A stretch of DNA of 63,927 bases, counting the filler, from Welwitschia mirabilis (taxonomy: Eukaryota), in the NCBI GenBank assembly GCA_051453625.1. It is 8 parts of one record of this genome, joined end to end, with 100 filler letters (N's around TTAATTAATTAA, not from the genome) between each part and the next. Parts side by side here need not be neighbours in the genome. Positions count along the whole stretch, not along the records: positions 50,000 to 52,861 come from JBOZIK010000001.1; positions 52,962 to 57,550 come from JBOZIK010000001.1; positions 57,651 to 62,818 come from JBOZIK010000001.1; 5 more parts are not named here. One strand, 5' to 3'. The position numbers and the translations under genes are program-made. How positions within the stretch are numbered: the first letter of the stretch is position 1; each line of letters opens with the position of its first letter. The notes below the pieces were generated by a model. The model was not told the origin of the DNA. It was given only the letters and a program-made list of their open reading frames with translations, and did no database searches. This document shows positions 50,650 to 62,818 of this stretch, one piece after another.

Positions 50650-52861
50650 CTCTATTTGCAAATCGCTTTTTGCAACTCTGTTTTGAGGGTTTAAACGTGT
50701 TTCCCTTTTATTACCATGTATTTTAATGATTTCTCCAATGTGTCTAATGATTTTAAAACTTAAATTGGATAAAGAATTTTCTCTTTTTGAAAGATGATGT
50801 TACATCTATGTTTGCATAATAACCATACTCCAATAGTGATGGGAAAGGTTTCTTTAAATCTATAGAAACTTTCCAAATTGATATTGTCTAGAGGATTTGT
50901 ATTAATGCTAGCCCAAAGATGTTTAGCAAAAGAACAATCAATAAAAAGATGTCGTTGAGTCTCATTATCTTAGTGGCACATGGGACAATCCTGATCAACT
51001 CTCGAATTTTTTTGGATGAGTTTATCTATAGTGGGAAGGCATCCTTTTAACATGTACCACTAAAACATTTTTNNNNNNNNNNNNNNNNNNNNNNNNNNNN
51101 NNNNNNNNNNNNNNNNNNNNNNNNNNNNNNNNNNNNGATACATTTTAGTAGTACTTATCTTGCCATTATGAAGAGGAAGGTTTTGGTTGTCAAAAACTTA
51201 TGGCCATATCTCCAAAGCGGAATAAATCATTTTCCTCCAAAAATTGAGTACCCTTTTTTATCTCTATATCCCTCCTTAAAGAAGTGCATCCAAGGAATAT
51301 TTATGTCTGGGACATACCTATAATAGTGCTTAGTGAGAATACACTTGCTTATATTAGTGATTTTCCTAATATCAATCCCTTCTGCCTTATTAGGCATGGC
51401 TATCTAATTATATCTAATAAGATGAAGTTTCTTATGAGATTTACCTCCTGATCATATCAAGTTTTTAATTAAATTATCCATAATACTAGCATATTCATTA
51501 GTGATAGGAAAGTAAACGGTTGGATAAATTGACATAGTAACCAGACAAGACTTAGTAAGAAGGATTTTACCTACACTAGAGAGGTATTTGTTATCCCATA
51601 TAGTCAATCTGGTAGCAATTTTTCTGATAATGGGAGGCCACATATTATCTACACTCTGTTCTGAATCCAAAAGGAGGCCCAGATAAACATCTAAAAAGGT
51701 AGCTTTAGAATAATTCAAAACTTTCAGAATTTTAGCTATTCTATCCTACGAAGTATTTAACATGAATAGTTTGGATTTCTGCTAGTTAATAATAAGCCTA
51801 GAAAATAACCTAAAGTTGTTTAAAATGGCATGAGTCTGCTGAGTAACTGGAATACTAGAGTCTAAGCATAGAAGTGTGTCATCTACAAATTGAATGATAG
51901 GAATATTAGGAGCTAATTCGGTAGCCATGAGTTGCTATTGGTTGATAAGTTTGGCTAAGGAATCCATAAAAAGAACAAAAAGACAGGGAGATAAAGGATC
52001 ACCCTAACGAAGCCCATTGTTGCCTTCGAAGTAGCCATATCTTTCTCTGTTAACGATGACAGAGAAGGTCGACATGGAGATGTAAAAGCAAACCAAGCTT
52101 CGAAGTGGTGCAGGGGAATCACACTCCTACAGAACATAATTAACCGTTTTCCATTGAACTGTGTCAAAGGCCTGGGCAATGTCCAGTTTAAGCAACATAG
52201 CCAGTTTCTTCTTTGTATGGTCCAAATGGATGATTTCATTTACTAAGATAATATTATCATAAGTAGTTCTTCTAGCTAGAAATCCTAATTGCGAAGGTAA
52301 AATCATCTCTGGAAGGATAATCTTCATTTAATGAGCAATTAATTTAGTGCATATCTTGTAAAAAACACTCAATAAACTAATCAGCCTATAGTGTTGAGGG
52401 CTATCCACCTCTTCTTGCTTAGGGATTAAAGTTATGAGCATATCATTAAACGACTTATAAAAAGTACCTTTTTTAAAAGTTTTTGTGACAGCTGCATAAC
52501 ATCCTCCTTAATAATATCCTGATATTGCTAATAAAGGTCAACTGTAAAGCCATCCAGACCAAGGACATGATTTTTCTACATGGAATTGATAGTATCTCTC
52601 ATTTCTTCTTTGGAGACCCTTTGATTCAAGTAACTTAGCTATTCTGTGGTGATGGAAGGACCAACCGGAGCATTTCCAAGATCAACTGACTTTTCTGTGA
52701 GAATATTCTAAAAGTAACTAATAAAAGCTTCTGCCATTTCTTGATTAGTGCAAAGATGCGTTGCAGACACACTTCACTGTATCCAATTCTGCTGCCTTTG
52801 TCTATTCGCTATGTGGAAGAAAAATTTGGTATTACGGTCACCTTTCTTGAGCCACTGAATT
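50650..52861 (-). pseudogene. L1-clade LINE ORF2 (RT and zf-RVT), decayed
   Basis: WLKKGDRNTKFF; GLDGFT; YRLISLLSVFYKI..K; SQLGFLARRTTYDNI; KLDIAQAFDTVQW; GLR*GDPLSPCLF; IQFVDDTL; YLGL; CPMCH*DNETQRHLFIDCSFAKHLW. Confidence 0.93.
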
Positions 52862-53607
52862 NNNNNNNNNNNNNNNNNNNNNNNNNNNNNNNNNNNNNNN
52901 NNNNNTTAATTAATTAANNNNNNNNNNNNNNNNNNNNNNNNNNNNNNNNNNNNNNNNNNNNAGGCATGTATAGTGGTTTGACAAAAACATACTCCACTTT
53001 CATGGGACAATAAAATGCCTTTATCTCCCTAGTTTTATGTACTTCACTTATCTTTACAAGTTCAAGCAGCCTTCTACAATCATCAACTAAGCTTTTTACC
53101 CTATAAACGATATCTTCTTTTAGACACAAATGAGTTAAACTTATGTTCCAAGTAATAGTAACGAATTTCAATATAAGTATGTACTGAGATGCACATGGTA
53201 TAAGCCTTAAAGCTTTTTTTTTTTTTTTAAGTGAGAGAATAGAATTTGGATTTAAAATTAAAAAAAAAAGGAAAGAAAGCAATTTTATAGAATTTTGAAT
53301 GTGATCTATATATCTAGTGCATGGCTCTAGGTACTTAGGAAAACTTTAGTTTGATAGAATTATCAACTACAAATCCTCTTGAGTGATTTCTGATTGATTT
53401 ACTTATGATTGAAATTAGAAATGATTGAGACAAGTTTTATTAACTAAATAACTAAATTCTCTATTAGAAAATTGAGATTTACAAAAATCCACAAGTTCCG
53501 TTTGGTTCTCTTGGACGTCACACTACCTATTTAGGTTCTTTAAGAAAAATAAAATTTCATAAGTCCATTAAGATTATTTTCACCACATTTAACATTAAAA
53601 CAAATGC

Positions 53608-54030
53608 ATAGGAAATGCCAATCCATCGTATCTTCCCCAGCTTTCAAGGAGCGGAACGACCACAACGCAGACAGATACTTTCTGGAGTTGCGTCCGTCAG
53701 CGCCGGACATGCCTGTAGGATGCATACTTCCCTGGGACAACAGACCGCCATTAACGACGATTCGTCAGCTGAGAAAATAGCACTTGAGGACGCCCAAGCT
53801 CTATGCTTTGATCCCTGACGTTGCAGTCCGCTGATATGATCTGAACACGCAGGAGACTAAACACTTGAGAACCTTTTTCTGGAACATGAGTTGCCGGTTG
53901 CCAGCTTCAGTCATACAGCCACCTGCGGTTCCGTTTTTGCAGAGCTGCAATTTCTGGTGGTTCTTTTCTGGCATCAGCTTGTGTCTGATTTCTACTTCTA
54001 CACTCAACAAATAGTCCATCAGGATTCGTG
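53608..54030 (+). pseudogene. CpG-rich gene-like fragment, tentatively F-box-protein derived
   Basis: Frame RKCQSIVSSPAFKERNDH resembles the F-box end (CKxWxSxxSSPxF); later R*YDLNTQETKHL; in-frame stops; about 20 CpGs in ~420 bp. Confidence 0.3.
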
Positions 54031-55156
54031 TGCAGGAGCAGGAACATCTTACACTAGTAATACTTACATAGAAGTGGAGCATAAATAGTCATCAACAAGA
54101 AGTGCATATGGTCCTCCATCACAAAAAGCTAAGAGAAGATAACAAAGAGATGAGATACATCATGAGATTGTTGGAATGACTGAGGAAAGTGCTCTTCATA
54201 TAATATGTTTTTATGTGAAAGTTTTGATTGTTTTGTGTTTTAAGGATGGAAAAGGAGAAAATTAGATAAACTGATTAATTTTTTCAAACTATTATAAGAA
54301 TTTTATTTATTTAATTATTGGTAAATAAGTATATTTTTTCATCACAAGATGAATATTACAACGTAATATCGTGCTTGGATGTTGGGCAAGTGGTTCACGA
54401 AGATGAACCACCTACCTAAACCTTGGAATTAGACTTTTGTGACTTTAAATGTTTTGTCATACTTTGTTTTCTTTTTTTTTTACTTCTTTGATGATCCTTT
54501 TAAAATGAATGATGGTCGTCTTTATATAATGTTTTGCCAAATAGGAGGAGTTGCATCTTTTGGACATGAAACAAAATATACTGATTTGTGTTTTGTTAAT
54601 CAAATATACAATTGTTTAAACCAATTATTTTAATTTGCTAATACCTTGATTCAATTTTAGCTTGGTATTACGCTTAGGCCTTCTAAGTTAGGATTTTTTA
54701 GATTCTTGATTTATCTGAGTCATTTTGTCTTTATCTCCCACCTTTGTTCGTTTCTTTCTTCTTTTGTATTTGTCATTTTCACAACCTATTTCTGATTTAG
54801 TTTTAATTTTCGGAATTAGTAGCATAGTAACTTCTTTAAGAACTTCATTACTTTTAATCTTTTTGAGTACATTTTTGCATTAAGGTATTTTATTTAGTGG
54901 ATAGCCATATTGTTACTTCATCTCACATCAATAATTTAGCTTCAATATTCTTTTATTTTAAACTAGAAAATGAATTTTTTAGCTATCAGTATCATTTTCT
55001 TTGAAAAGATGACTTTAAGTATTTGTTTCATGTTAAGGACTTATTTCATCGGTTGGATGATATTTAAAAACACCAATAGAAATACTTTTAAACATTCCTG
55101 CTTTATATGTCTTTATTAAAAAATAACATTTTCAAGGCATATATACAAAAGAAAAT

Positions 55157-56311
55157 TTATTGTTGTACCTTATACAATAAAATTTCACATAAGATTTCTA
55201 AATACTCTTCCATCTCCATTTTTGGATCTTCTACTTCTTCATCTAAATTTTTAGCAATAAGTTTGAGGTGAGATAATTTAGTATTTATTTTAGTGCCTTT
55301 ATTGGCTTCTCCAATAGCTTCTTCTATTTGCTCAAGTTACTCTAACTTAGAAGATACTACCTATTCCAGAACAAAATTCAATCCTTGATGAAGCTCTTCT
55401 AGTTGTTGCTTCTATAGTATTCCATGCTTCATCAAGATTCTTAAAAGTTACTTTAAGAGTCTCTCATATTTTGTCATTTTATTATGATATTTAATCTTTC
55501 TTCCCCTTCAGATATGAGACTTAAGCCTCTATTTTATTAAGTTTCTTTCAAAGTGTTTCATTGTTACATTTTACCTTTAACGCCTTTTCTTTTTGCTTCA
55601 TATAAGCCTTTCGTACTTTGATTCTGAAATTTTCAAAGGTTTCATAGAATTTTATTTGAATTCCTTTTTTTCATTTTTTACCTTATTGACTTAGCCATAA
55701 AGCGGTTCATTGGATTGCTCTAGTAGAGTTGTGTTAGCTTCCTTTACTTTCACCTCTGCTACCTTTTTTTAATATACTTGTCTTCTATCCTTGAGTAAAG
55801 TATAAAATTGCTTGGATCTATTTTGTCACTAGGAACTCTAAAATTGAGTTATTTCTAGCTAATTTATCTTTGTCCAACTCTCAAATCCATGACTAGGATA
55901 ATTCTTTCACAATTTTTTTATTTTCACTTTCTCTAAAGCATTTTACGACTTCACTGTATATTACAGGATTTTTGGCAAATTCATTTGGAATTAAAGAGGA
56001 AACAACATTAGAAAACTAATCACAAGTGTAGAACCTATGCTTCACATGCTAAAGTAAAACCTGCATATTTGCTTTAAGCTTTTACATGAATTTTACTCTT
56101 TCATTATGTGCAAATGTGTAGGATCCTTTGCTGAGGTTGTTGGAATTGCTCCTTTTAATTTTCCTTGCTTATTTAAAGTTTCTATTTTGTCTTTAACTAT
56201 CTATTTTCATTGCAGTGTAGTTACTTAGGTTAGAGATCTAGATGAAGTAGTCTCTTTCAATGGTGGTTCAAGAATGTTAATTTTTCCAAATGTTTCACTT
56301 TTTGTCTTCAT
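55157..56311 (-). pseudogene. Decayed ORF (~380 codons) with coiled-coil character, probably a retroelement accessory ORF
   Basis: MKTKSETFGKINILEPPLKETTSSRSLT...; KQQLEELHQGLNFVLE*VVSSKLE*LEQIEEAIGEANK; LIAKNLDEEVEDPKMEMEEYLEIL; many stops are TAA/TAG where CAA/CAG would fit. Confidence 0.45.
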
Positions 56312-57475
56312 CTCTTTTTCCCTTTTTCGGTGAAATAGTAAACTACTCAAATTTTAATTTTAGTACACTTTATGACAAAATAAAAATCTCTTTTATTACT
56401 TTCTTTGGGAGATTGACACTTAGAACCATATTCTTCTATATAAGCAAAATTGGAATGTTGGTTGACTAGTGATATGCATTAGGTTCTCTCCTTAGGAGTG
56501 GGTCATTCTAGAAGTACTACAATATTATAACATTATACCATGATAGAAAGGATCCTTTTTGTTGTAGTCTAACTAATCCTTCAAATCTTGCAAATGTGTT
56601 ATAAGATCTTTATGGCCAAATAAAACAAGAGAAACATTCATTTATTTCATCTAAACATGATGTAGTAATTATAATTTCTACTATGAAGAAAAGGTTGTTT
56701 TAACTCATGGAATGATTTTAGCAAGGAATAATTCAAAACAAACCTCTACATAATGACTAAATATTAGTGATTCCTATAGTTCATTTTGATCGATAACATA
56801 CTAATTTGTCAAAAATATTGAAAAAACATATATGTCACATCCTTTTTCTCATATGAAGACTTCATTTTAGTTTCATCACTTTTGATGTGACTTAGTATTT
56901 CATTGAAAATTCCTATTATGATATGAAATAATTCAAGAGTCATCTTTTATCTTTTAAAAACTAATCCTCTTTATATAATGATTATTTCATCTAAATAAGT
57001 GCTTAGCCAAAATAGAAGATAAATCTTTGTAACTTTGTTGGTTGCTAAAATCTAGCATAGAACATCTAAATCTAACATCTTAATTTTCTTAACATTTCTT
57101 CTATTGTTCATACATGACACAACATTAAAATAGAATGATTTGTAAAATTGAAATGTAGTAAATTATGGATTTCATTTATAACTTCTGAAATATTAGTGTA
57201 AGTATTGATTGGTTTGAAATAATCTAATTCATAGTTTTTAAAGCTATTGCAATAATCACAGCTTCTTTTAGCATTAATAACATAGCAACATAATAAGTGA
57301 TAAAGAAGAAAGAAGGAAAAGAACAATGCAAAGCAAAACACCATGATATCAAATAGGAAATGGATGTAGAAAGCATTAGACTTATAAGATGCTAGAATTT
57401 TGAAATGAGGAAGCTTCAAGTCATCATGTAGAACCCCTTTTTTAGCTAAATGAAGAGTCAAATAAGTTGACCTCT

Positions 57476-57479
<4 letters not shown>

Positions 57480-57550
<71 letters not shown>
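57480..57550 (+). repeat. (GT)35 microsatellite at a scaffold end
   Basis: Directly visible. Confidence 0.98.
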
Positions 57551-57650
57551 NNNNNNNNNNNNNNNNNNNNNNNNNNNNNNNNNNNNNNNNNNNNTTAATT
57601 AATTAANNNNNNNNNNNNNNNNNNNNNNNNNNNNNNNNNNNNNNNNNNNN

Positions 57651-60600
57651 CATGTAAAATCAATTGTATGAAGAGAGGAGTAATGGAGAGTACTTTATAA
57701 TGCCATATCAAAGTATAGATTTTGCAAGTTAAAGGGGAGATAAAAGGTAATTTGGGTGAAAGATCTTTATAAAATGCAAGAGGAACATTACAAAGAAAAT
57801 TACATTTCTATCCATTGAAAACATTTTTCTTTTTCAAATTCATTTTATGATTCTTACTTTTTGGCTTATGAAATGGACAATCTCCCTTATGATTTTTCTT
57901 GATAAGTTGGACTTATTTATACTCACAAGGTTTCTTTTTTTCTTCTTTCTTAAGTTGATCATTATAAAGCACATGCTCACTTAGTTCCATCTCTTCTTTT
58001 TTAAGTGGGTGATGTTGTGAAAATAAAGTGGAATTGATATTATTTTTAATGTTTATCTCATTATCATTTAAATCTTTATCTCATTATCATTTAAATCTTT
58101 ATTGGTTGCATCAAAGACTCTAATCATGAAAGTTGTATTACCAAAATGACATTTCATTATTCCTTTTCTTGTATCAATGATGCAGTGGGCTATTACACAA
58201 AAGGTTCTACCTACAAGTAAAGTATATCCTCTGTCAGGATCAACTTCTATGATAATCATATCAATGGGATAGCAAGCATCTTCTATTTGAATTGTCAAAT
58301 CTTTAATGATGCCTAACAGTTTCTTAGCTGATGCATCTACTAATTCTAAGAAAACCGAAGTAATCTCTAATATATCTTCCAAACCAAGCCTCTTACAAAT
58401 GTAAAGTGACATAATGTTAGCACTCGTTCCAATGTCAATTAAAGCTCTCCTTATCTTTTTGTTTCCCTCTATAGTAACATTCACTATTGCTACTCCTGTA
58501 TCTTTAAATTTTGGTGATTTTTGTAATGCTAAGTTCATGATGAGAGATTGGACAAGAAAGACCTTACTAGGAATTAATCGTTTTTGTTTTCTTATAATTA
58601 AGTCTTTCTATAGTTTTGCATACCCCGAATTTTCTTGTAAAAGTTTCCAAAAAGGAAGACTTATGCTTACATTTTTTATTAAAGCTTTAAAATGGTCATT
58701 GAAAGTTGAGTTATTTTTAAGCCTATCAAGCTAATTGGTATTTGTACTTTCTTTTTCTTCTTATCAAGAGAATGAAAGTTATAATGATCTAAAATTTCAA
58801 TGTCCTCTTCCTCTTCTTCTTCATTGTTGTGGGAGGTGAATGGTTCACATGGAGGAGGGTTTATTTTCTATCCACTTCTTATCACAATCTTGTAATCTCT
58901 TCTTAGTTCATTTGGATTGGATAAAGGTTGTGTAGGTAAAACTCCTTGAGGTCTTTGGTTTGCTAACAATGTATATTAAAAAATATTTTTCATGTTTTAT
59001 ATGTTGATATTTGTTTTTCTAAGCTCCTTTATAAGATTTGTGAGTTGCTCATTTAGATTTTGAAAATTTGATGGACTTGGTAAAAAATTTGCATTCTCAA
59101 ATCGATTTATAAAAGGTTGATGATTGTTTAGAAAATATGTATTCAACCTTGATTGTCCTTAATTTTGGTTTTATAAGTTTTGAAATGATTGATTAAAAGT
59201 AAAAACTTCTTCTCAAATCCTTTCTTTATAAGTTGGAAGAAGAGGACAATTTTTGGTGACATGACAGTTGTTCTCATAAAAATTACAAGTTTGCATAACA
59301 TTTCTTTTAGTGGCATTTTTAGCATCTAAAATTATTTCTTTAAATTTCTTCAAGGTAGTTGTAAATTCCTTCATGGGATTTGTATGGTTGTCTTCTACCT
59401 TTTTTTTCTTTACTTGATTTAATTCCTTAAAGGGCTAGCCTACCATTTGTTTTTCTTTAGATGTAGACCAAGTTTTACTAACCTCCACAACTTCTTCTAA
59501 TTTTGTCAACGCATTATCTAAAGTAAGGTTTAAGAGGTTCCTTATACAAGAGAAATCTACAATGTTATTTTGTATGTGGANNNNNNNNNNNNNNNNNNNN
59601 NNNNNNNNNNNNNNNNNNNNNNNNNNNNNNNNNNNNNNNNNNNNNNNNNNNNNNNNNNNNNNNNNNNNNNNNNNNNNNNNACGCATCATCTAAAGTAAGG
59701 TTTAAGAGGTTCCTTACACAAGAGAAATCTACAATGTTATTTTGTATGTGGAGTTAGCTCACTATAAAAGTAGTTTAGTTATTCTACTTTTGAAAAAGCA
59801 TCTACTGGATTAGAGTGGACTGCTACAAAGAAACATTTATATGTGGAGGCATAGTCTTCATTTGGATTTTGTTGAAAGTTTATTAACTCCTTTTTCTTTT
59901 TCTTATAGTTTGAATCTTTTTATAAATGTTTTCTAGACTTAATCTCATGTTTTAAGGCTTTTGTAGGGTAAAGTTTTTAGCCAATTTTTTACTCTACCTT
60001 TTAAAGTCATAGAAAAAATTACCATGTATGTTCTATCTATTATTCTTTTCTTCCCATTTTCTGATGTAAGGATAAGTTGTTTGATGTCTCCTATGTATTG
60101 AATGGGATCCTTATCTTCGTCTTCCCTAAAAGTTGGGTAAGCATGTAAATTTATAAGCTCTATATCATCCCTTGGTGGTAGATCAAGCGGTGTTTGAATT
60201 TCTCTATTTTTATTGGATAATAATTCTCTAAGGGTGAGGTTGGTAGAAGATCCTACTACTTGTTTTTATTTATGGAAAGCACGGTTGGTTCTTTTCTTTT
60301 ATAGGTTTTTTATTAAGGAAATTAAATTTAGAAAAAATAAATTCAGAAGGAGGATTAAGTGCACCTAGAGATTGTTCTTCCAACTCTTTTTCTTTGTTTG
60401 CCAGTTCTCCTTTGAGGTTCTGTTCTATCAACTTCTTTTCTCTAAGATATTTCTTATCTAGATTGACCATATCACAGCATCCTACAAGTAAAAAACAATA
60501 GAAAACAAATTAAAAAGTAATAAACTATCATCCTATCTGTCATTTAGATGATAGAAGAGATGACGTACATAGAAAACATAAAAATAGAAATAGAACCGAA

Positions 60601-61995
60601 ATGCAAATAAAAAGCAAAAAAACACAGAAAAAATGCTTGTCATCTAACTTGTTGTCCAAACATCATAGAAGACAATAGAGACTAATTTATTACAAAAAAA
60701 ATCATGATTCAGAAATAAACTAAAAACCAAAAATACATAGTATCATCCTGATTATTGTGGAGATGATAGAGGGAAAAACAACACTTTTTAATAGAAAACC
60801 TAAATCTAAGGAATTGAAGCTGAAATACAAAGCATAGAAAAATTAAAGCTCCTAATAAAATAAAACACTGCATAGATAAATAACTAGAATACTTATCTAA
60901 ACGATGATAATCCTTATACTTCTCAATATCCTTCCCTAGTAACAGCATCAATTTATTGCGGTGTGTATTTATACATGCTTTTACATTCAAACATATTTTG
61001 TCATGAATAATTAAATCAATCTTATACATAATACATCATGCTAATAAAATGGAAGTGATCCAAATGTTGTATCTCATTGAAGTCTATCCATAAGGAACTC
61101 AGGTTGCTTTTGCAAAATAATAGGAATCAAAGCAAGTAAATAAAACTATCATGCAAAGTGCAACATGTAATATAAAATAACATGCAATGCAAAGTAATCC
61201 TAACCCTACTTGTCTTTTAGCCCTAACAAGGGCTACCCTTGATAATTTATATCACCCAAGAAATTATCATGAGATCTTGGACAACATTAGACTATAAGGA
61301 ATATAAGAAATCCTACAATGCAAACATAAAATAAAAATGATATTTATATTAAATGGTAATAATATCCAGGTTACAAAATAGCTGGGTCTCAATAGAAGAT
61401 ACTCAGCCCTCTACCAAGCACTCCTCTTTTTGTAACTCTAGATAGATCTCCTACCCTTTGCTCTCCTGTCACGAGAATCTCCAGTGCATTAAAGATGAGA
61501 AAGGAGAGTTGAAGGGGTATTATTTATAAGAAAATACAATAGAAATGGATAGACAGAAGGCATAGTTATGCATGCTCATTAAGCACTTAAAAATAGATGA
61601 AACGACTAAGAGAATCTATCAGTGACAATTACATATTAGTGTCGTTTGTGCTATCATCTAGACAACATGGGAGATGACAGAATATTACAAAATATCTTCA
61701 CAATAATGACTCAGTGGTCCACATAAGCAGTCATCATCTTGCTTATCTTGTGGATGATGGAGGAGAACATAGTCTTATTTAATGTCTTTCTTAAGGAGAA
61801 ACTTAGCAATTTTATCATGAAAAGCTCTATTCATCAAAAAGTTCTTTTAATGAATCAAATTTGGATAATAACTATACTTTTCTAAGATTTCCTCTTATAT
61901 CTCCAAATTCCTCAGTATTGTACCTAAACCTATATAAAAGTCCTACAAAACAACTCATAAAATACATCAAATAACTATAAATTGATAGTGCAACA
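57651..61995 (-). mobile_element. Athila-like element, copy B: LTR 60954-61995, decayed Asp PBS (60933-60950), gag, protease
   Basis: LTR TGTTGC...CGCAATA; TGATGCTGTTACTAGGGA; MVNLDKKY..GALNPPSEFIFS; RRALIDIGTSANIMSLYICKRLGLED; homologous to copy A. Confidence 0.88.
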
Positions 61996-62818
61996 ATGAT
62001 CTGCTATGTTATTGTGTTTTCCTACCTTATCTCTGATTTTGAGACTAAATTCTTGCATTAAGAGGATCCATCTAATTAACCTAGCACTAGAATCCTTCTT
62101 TGTCATCAGGTATCTAATTGCCACAAAGTCTTTGTAAATATTTATGTGGAATCCTAAAAGATAATATCTAAGAATATTAAGATAAAAGATTATGGCTAAC
62201 ATTTCTCTCTTGGTAGTTAAGTAATTTGCTTGAGCTTTGGACAATGTTTTACTATAGTAATATATGATTTTAAAATCATTTACACTGGGAGATTCCTATT
62301 CCCTATGTCTTGCTTACCCCTAAGGGTGATCCCCATGTGTAATTTTTTTGAAGCACCCCACCTATAGTAAAATTACTAACATTACACCTTAACTCAAAAT
62401 CTCTCTTCCAATTGGATCTTGTTACAATAAGAGCATAAGAGAGTTTATGTTTGCGTTTATTAAAAGCAATCTCATAAAATGTTTTTTAATTAAATTTAGC
62501 TTCTTTTTCTAGTAACATGTGTAAGGATTTATAGATTTTAGCATAATATTACATTAAAAAGTGGTAAAACCCACAAGGTCCAAGAAAAGATAGGAGTTGC
62601 TTAATATTGAATGGAGGAGTTAAGTTTAGAATGATACTAATCCTTTCAAGGTTCAATGTAATTCCTATTTTAGAAATGTGATGGCCTAGGAAAATTCCAC
62701 TTTCAAGTAAGAATAGGCTTTTTTCCCAACTTAAATGAAAGCCACATCCTTTGCATCTATCAAGGACTTTTTCTAATCTTTCTAAGGTTTGATTAAAGGT
62801 TTTTCCAAAGATTGAAAA
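61996..62818 (-). pseudogene. pol: Older Athila-like RT/RNase H that hosts copy B
   Basis: FHLSWEK..GIFLGHHISK; DFELRCNVSNFTIGGVL; SKAQANYLTTKREMLAI..ARLIRWILLMQEF..NNIADH, broken exactly at the LTR TG. Confidence 0.88.
62281..62341. mobile_element. 61-bp micro-MITE-like insertion in RNase H
   Basis: TACACTGGGAGAT...ATCCCCATGTGTA imperfect TIRs, ATT on both flanks, interrupts the GGVLQK / DFKIIYYYSKTL junction. Confidence 0.6.

Noticed and set aside
24040..59752. Short direct duplications flanking ~100-N gaps (24040/24229, 24447/24609, 36750/36892, 37169/37329, 59515/59686)
   Set aside because: Typical unmerged contig overlaps or haplotype ends, not real repeats.
33539..61995. Giant inverted repeat formed by Athila copies A and B
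   Set aside because: The copies lie on different scaffold pieces, so relative orientation is arbitrary.
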